A stretch of DNA of 64,000 nt from the human T2T-CHM13v2.0 reference genome, Homo sapiens. Location: NCBI RefSeq assembly GCF_009914755.1, contig NC_060934.1. The stretch is one strand, 5' to 3'. Of this stretch, positions 59,981 through 64,000 are shown one piece after another. The translations under genes and the position numbers were made by a program. The stretch's first letter is position 1; every line of letters begins with the position of its first letter. The notes below the pieces were generated by a model that did not search any database, was not told where the DNA came from, and was given only the letters and a program-made list of their open reading frames with translations.

Positions 59981-62900
59981 TCTGTGTAGTTTTTATGTGA
60001 AGATATTTCCTTTTCCACAATAGGCCTCAAAGCGCTCCAAATGTCCACTTGCAGGTACAACAAAAACAGTGTTTCAAAACTGCTCAATCAAAAGAAATGT
60101 TCAACTCTGTGAGATGAATGCACACATCACAAAGAAGTTTCTCAGAATGCTTCTGTGTAGTTTTTATGTGAAGATATTCCCTTTTCCAGAATAGGCCGCA
60201 AATAACTCCAAATATCCACTTGCAGATACTTCAAAAAGAGGGTTTCAAAACTCCTCAATCCAAAGAAAGGTTCAACTCCCTGAGATGAATGCACACATCA
60301 CAAAGAAGTTTCTCAGAATGCTTCTGTGTAGATTTTATGTGAAGACATATCCTTTTCCACCATAGGCCGCAAAGGGCTCCAAATATCCAGTGGCAGATTC
60401 TACCAAAAGAGATTTTCAAAACTGCTCTATCAAAAGATAGGTTCAACTCTGTGAGTTGAATGCACACATCAAAAAGAAGTCTCAGAATTCTTCTGTGTAG
60501 TTTTTATGTGAAGATACATCCTTTTCCAACATAGGCCTCAAAGCGCTCCAAATATCCATTTGCAGATTCTAAAAAAGAGTGTTTCCAAACTGCTCAATCA
60601 AAAGTAAAGTTCAACTCTGTGAGATGAATGCACACATCACAAAGAAGCTTCTCAGAATACTTCTGTAGGGTTTTTATGTGCAGATATTTCCTTTTCCTCC
60701 ATAGGCCTCATGGCACACCAACTATCCACTTGCAGATTCTACAAAGAGTGTTTCAAAACTGCTCAATCAAAGAAAAGTTCAACTCTGTCAGATGAATGCA
60801 CATATCACAAAGAAGTTTCTCAGAATGCTTCTGTGTAGTTTTCATGTGAGGATATTTCCTTTTCCGCAATAGGCCTCAATGTGCTCCAAGTATTCAGTTG
60901 GAGATTCTAGAAGAAGAGTGTTTCAAAACTGTTCCATCAAAAGAAAGGTTCAACCCTGTGAGATGAATGCACACAATGCAAAGAAGTTTCTCAGAATGGT
61001 TCTGTGTCGTTTTTATGTGAATATATTTCCTTTTCCAACATAGGCTTCAAAGCGCTTCAAATATCCACTTGCAGATTCTATAAAAACAGTGTTTCAAAAC
61101 TGCTCAATCAAAAGAAAGATTCGACTCTGTGTCATGAATGCACACATCACAAAGAAGTTTGTCAGAATGCTTCTGTGTAGTTTTCATGTGAAGATATTTC
61201 CTTTTCCAAAATAGGCCACAAAGGGCTCCAAATATCCACTTGTAGATTCTACAAAAACAGATTCAAATCTGCTCAATCAAAAGATAGGTTCAACACTGTG
61301 AGTTGAATGCACACATCACAAAGAAGTTTCTCAGAATGCTTCTGTGTTGTTTTTATGTGAAGATATTTCCTTTTCCACCATAGGCCACAAAGGGCTCCAA
61401 ATATCCACTTGTAGATTCTACAAAAAGAGAATTTAAAAACTGCTCAATCAAAAGATAGGTTGAACTCTGTGACATAAATGCTCACATTGCAAAGAAGTTT
61501 CTCAGAATGCTTCTTTGTATTTTTTTGTGAAGATATTTCCTTTTCCAACATAGGCCTCAAAACGCTCGAAATAGCCACTTGCAGATTCTACAAAAAGAGT
61601 GCTTCAAAACTGCTCAATCAAAAGAAAGCTTCAGCTCTGTGAGATGAACGCACACATAACAAAGATGTTTCTCAGAATGCTTCTTTGTAGTTTTTATGTG
61701 AAGACATTTCCTTTTCCACAATAGGCCTGAAAGCACTTCAAATACCCACTTGCAGATTCTACAAAAAGAGTGTTTCAAAACTGTTCAATCAAAAGAGAGC
61801 TTCAACTCTGTGAGATGAACGCACACAACACAAAGAGGTTTCTCAGAATGCTTCTGTGTAGTTTTCATGTGAAGATATTTCATTTTCCACCATATGCCGC
61901 AAAGGGCTCTAAATATCCATTTGCAGGTTCTACAAAAGGAGAGTTTCAAAACTGCTCAATCAAAAGAGAGGTTCAACACTGTGATTTGAATGCACACATC
62001 ACAAAGTAGTTTCTCAGAATGATTCTGTGTAGTTTTTATATGAAGATATTTCCTTTTCCACCATGGGCCTCAAAGCACTCCAATTATCACTGCAGATTCC
62101 ACAAAAACAGTGTTTCCAAACTGGTCAATCAAAAGAAAAGTTCAACTCTGTGAGATGAATGCACACATCACAAAGAAGTTTCTCTGAATGCTTCTGTGTA
62201 GTTTTTATTGGAAGACATTTTCTTTTCAAACATAGGCCTCAAAGTGCTCCAAATATCCACTTGCAGATTCTACAAAAAGAGTGCTTCAAAACTTCTCAAT
62301 CAAAAGAAAGTTTCAACTCTGTGAGATGAATGCACACATCACAAAGATGTTTCTCAGAATGCTTCTGTGTAGTTTTTATGTGAAGATATTTCCTTTTCCA
62401 CTATAAGCCACTCAGGGCTCAAAATATCCACTGGCAGATTCTATAAAAATAGTGTTTCCAAACTGCTCAGTCAAAAGAAAGTTCAACTCTGTGAGATGAA
62501 TGCAAACATTGCAAAGCAGTTTCTCAGAATCCTTCTGTGTCATTTTTATGTGAGGATATTTCCTTTTCCACAGTAGGCCTCAAAGCGCTCCAAATATACA
62601 CTTGCAGATTCTGCAAAAAGAGTGTTTCTATACTGCTCAATCAAAAGAAAGGTTCAACACTGTGAGATGAATGCACACATCAAAAAGAAGTTTCTCCAAA
62701 TGCTTCTGTGTAGTTTTTATGTGAACACATTTCTTTTTCCACAATAGGCCCCAAATGGCTCCAAATATCCACTTTCAGATTCTACAAAAAGAGTATTTCA
62801 AAACTGCTCAATCAAAAGAAAGGTTCAACAGTGTGAGATGAATGCACCCATCACAAAGAAGTTTCTCAGAATGCTTCCATGTAGTTTTTATGTGAAGATA

Positions 62901-63577
62901 TTTCCTTTTCCAAAATAGGCTGCAAAGGGCTCCAAATATTAACTTGGAGATTCTACAAAAAGAGAGATTCAAAACTGCTCAATCAAAAGAGAGGTTCAAC
63001 TCTGTGAGTTGAATGCACACATCAAAAAGAAGTTTCTCAGAATGCTTCTGTGTAGTATTTATGTGAAGATATTTCCTTTTCCATAATAGACCGCAAAGCA
63101 CTTCAAATATCCACTTGCAGATTCTACAAAAAGAGTGTTTCAAAACTGCTCCGTCAAAAGAAAGATTCAGTTCCCTGAGATAAATGCCCACATCACAAAG
63201 ATGTTTCTCAGAATGTTTCTGTGTAATTTTTATGTAAAGATATTTCCTTTTCCACCATAGGCTGCAAATGGCTCCAAATATCCACATGCAGATTTTACAA
63301 AAATAGTGTTTCTAAACTGCTCTATCAAAAGATAGGTTCAACTCTGTTAGTTGAATGCACACATCACAAAGAAGTTTCTCAGAATGCTTCTGTGTAGTTT
63401 CTATATGAAGATATTTCCTTTTCCACCATAGGCTTCAAAGCGTTCCAAATATCCACTTGCAGATTCTACAAAAAGAGTGTTACCAAACTGCTCAATCAAA
63501 AGAAAGGTTCAACTCTGTGAGATGAATGCACACATCACAAAGAAATTTCTCAGAATGCTTCTGTGTAGTTTTCATGT
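59981..63577. repeat. Monomeric alpha satellite, block 9
   Basis: 171-bp periodicity, CTGTGTAG type. Confidence 0.97.
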
Positions 63578-64000
63578 GACAGTTTTTTATAATTTCTGAT
63601 CTTTTACATTTGCTGTGGAGAGCTTTACTTCCAACTATGTGGTCAATTTTGGAATAGGTGTGGTGTGGTACTGAAAAAAATGTCTATTCTGTTGACTTGG
63701 GGTGGAGAGTTCTGTAGATATCTATTAGGTCCGCCTGGTGCAGTGCTGAGTTCCATTCCTGGGTATCCTTGTTAACTTTCTGTCTCGTTGATGTGTCTAA
63801 TGTTGACCGTCGGGTGTTAAAATCTCCCATTATTATTGTGTGGGAGTCTAAGTCTCTTTGTAGGTCACTCAGGACTTGCTTTATGAATCTGGGTGCTCCT
63901 GCATTGGGTGCATATATATTACTTATCTGAGAAATGTAACTAACCTGCACATTGTGCACATGTACCCTAAAACTTAAAGTAGAAAAATAATAAAAAAAGA
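63578..64000 (+). mobile_element. L1-h: short 5'-inverted L1 (antisense endonuclease fragment + filler + terminal 3'UTR and tail)
   Basis: Antisense ORF2 63578-63920, 13-nt filler ACTTATCTGAGAA, then sense ATGTAACTAACCTGCAC…CTTAAAGTA and an A-tail reaching the window end. Confidence 0.85.

Overview
This is primate pericentromeric DNA, most likely human given an AluYa5 and an L1HS-like element. About 62% is diverged monomeric ~171-bp alpha satellite in one orientation, with no CENP-B boxes and no regular higher-order repeat. It is interrupted by eight L1PA-family insertions (here L1-a to L1-h, ~22 kb), one SVA_A and one AluYa5. No cellular genes or RNA genes were found; the only intact long ORF is a 1275-aa L1 ORF2 (41660-45487, minus strand). 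Main observations: (1) independently inserted L1 copies share a patchwork of non-consensus variants, including stop codons and a frameshift, suggesting ectopic gene conversion among pericentromeric L1s (or an assembly artefact). (2) A young ORF2-intact L1 with a probable 3' transduction and no target-site duplication (TSD) sits inside an older twin-primed L1 and seems to have deleted part of it. (3) One L1 was retrotransposed from a spliced RNA (SpIRE-type junction). (4) The SVA_A has a 3' transduction and a (CTTT)n head. (5) All five plus-strand L1s are 5'-inverted and none of the three minus-strand ones are. Subfamily calls and consensus comparisons come from recalled diagnostic positions, not alignments.
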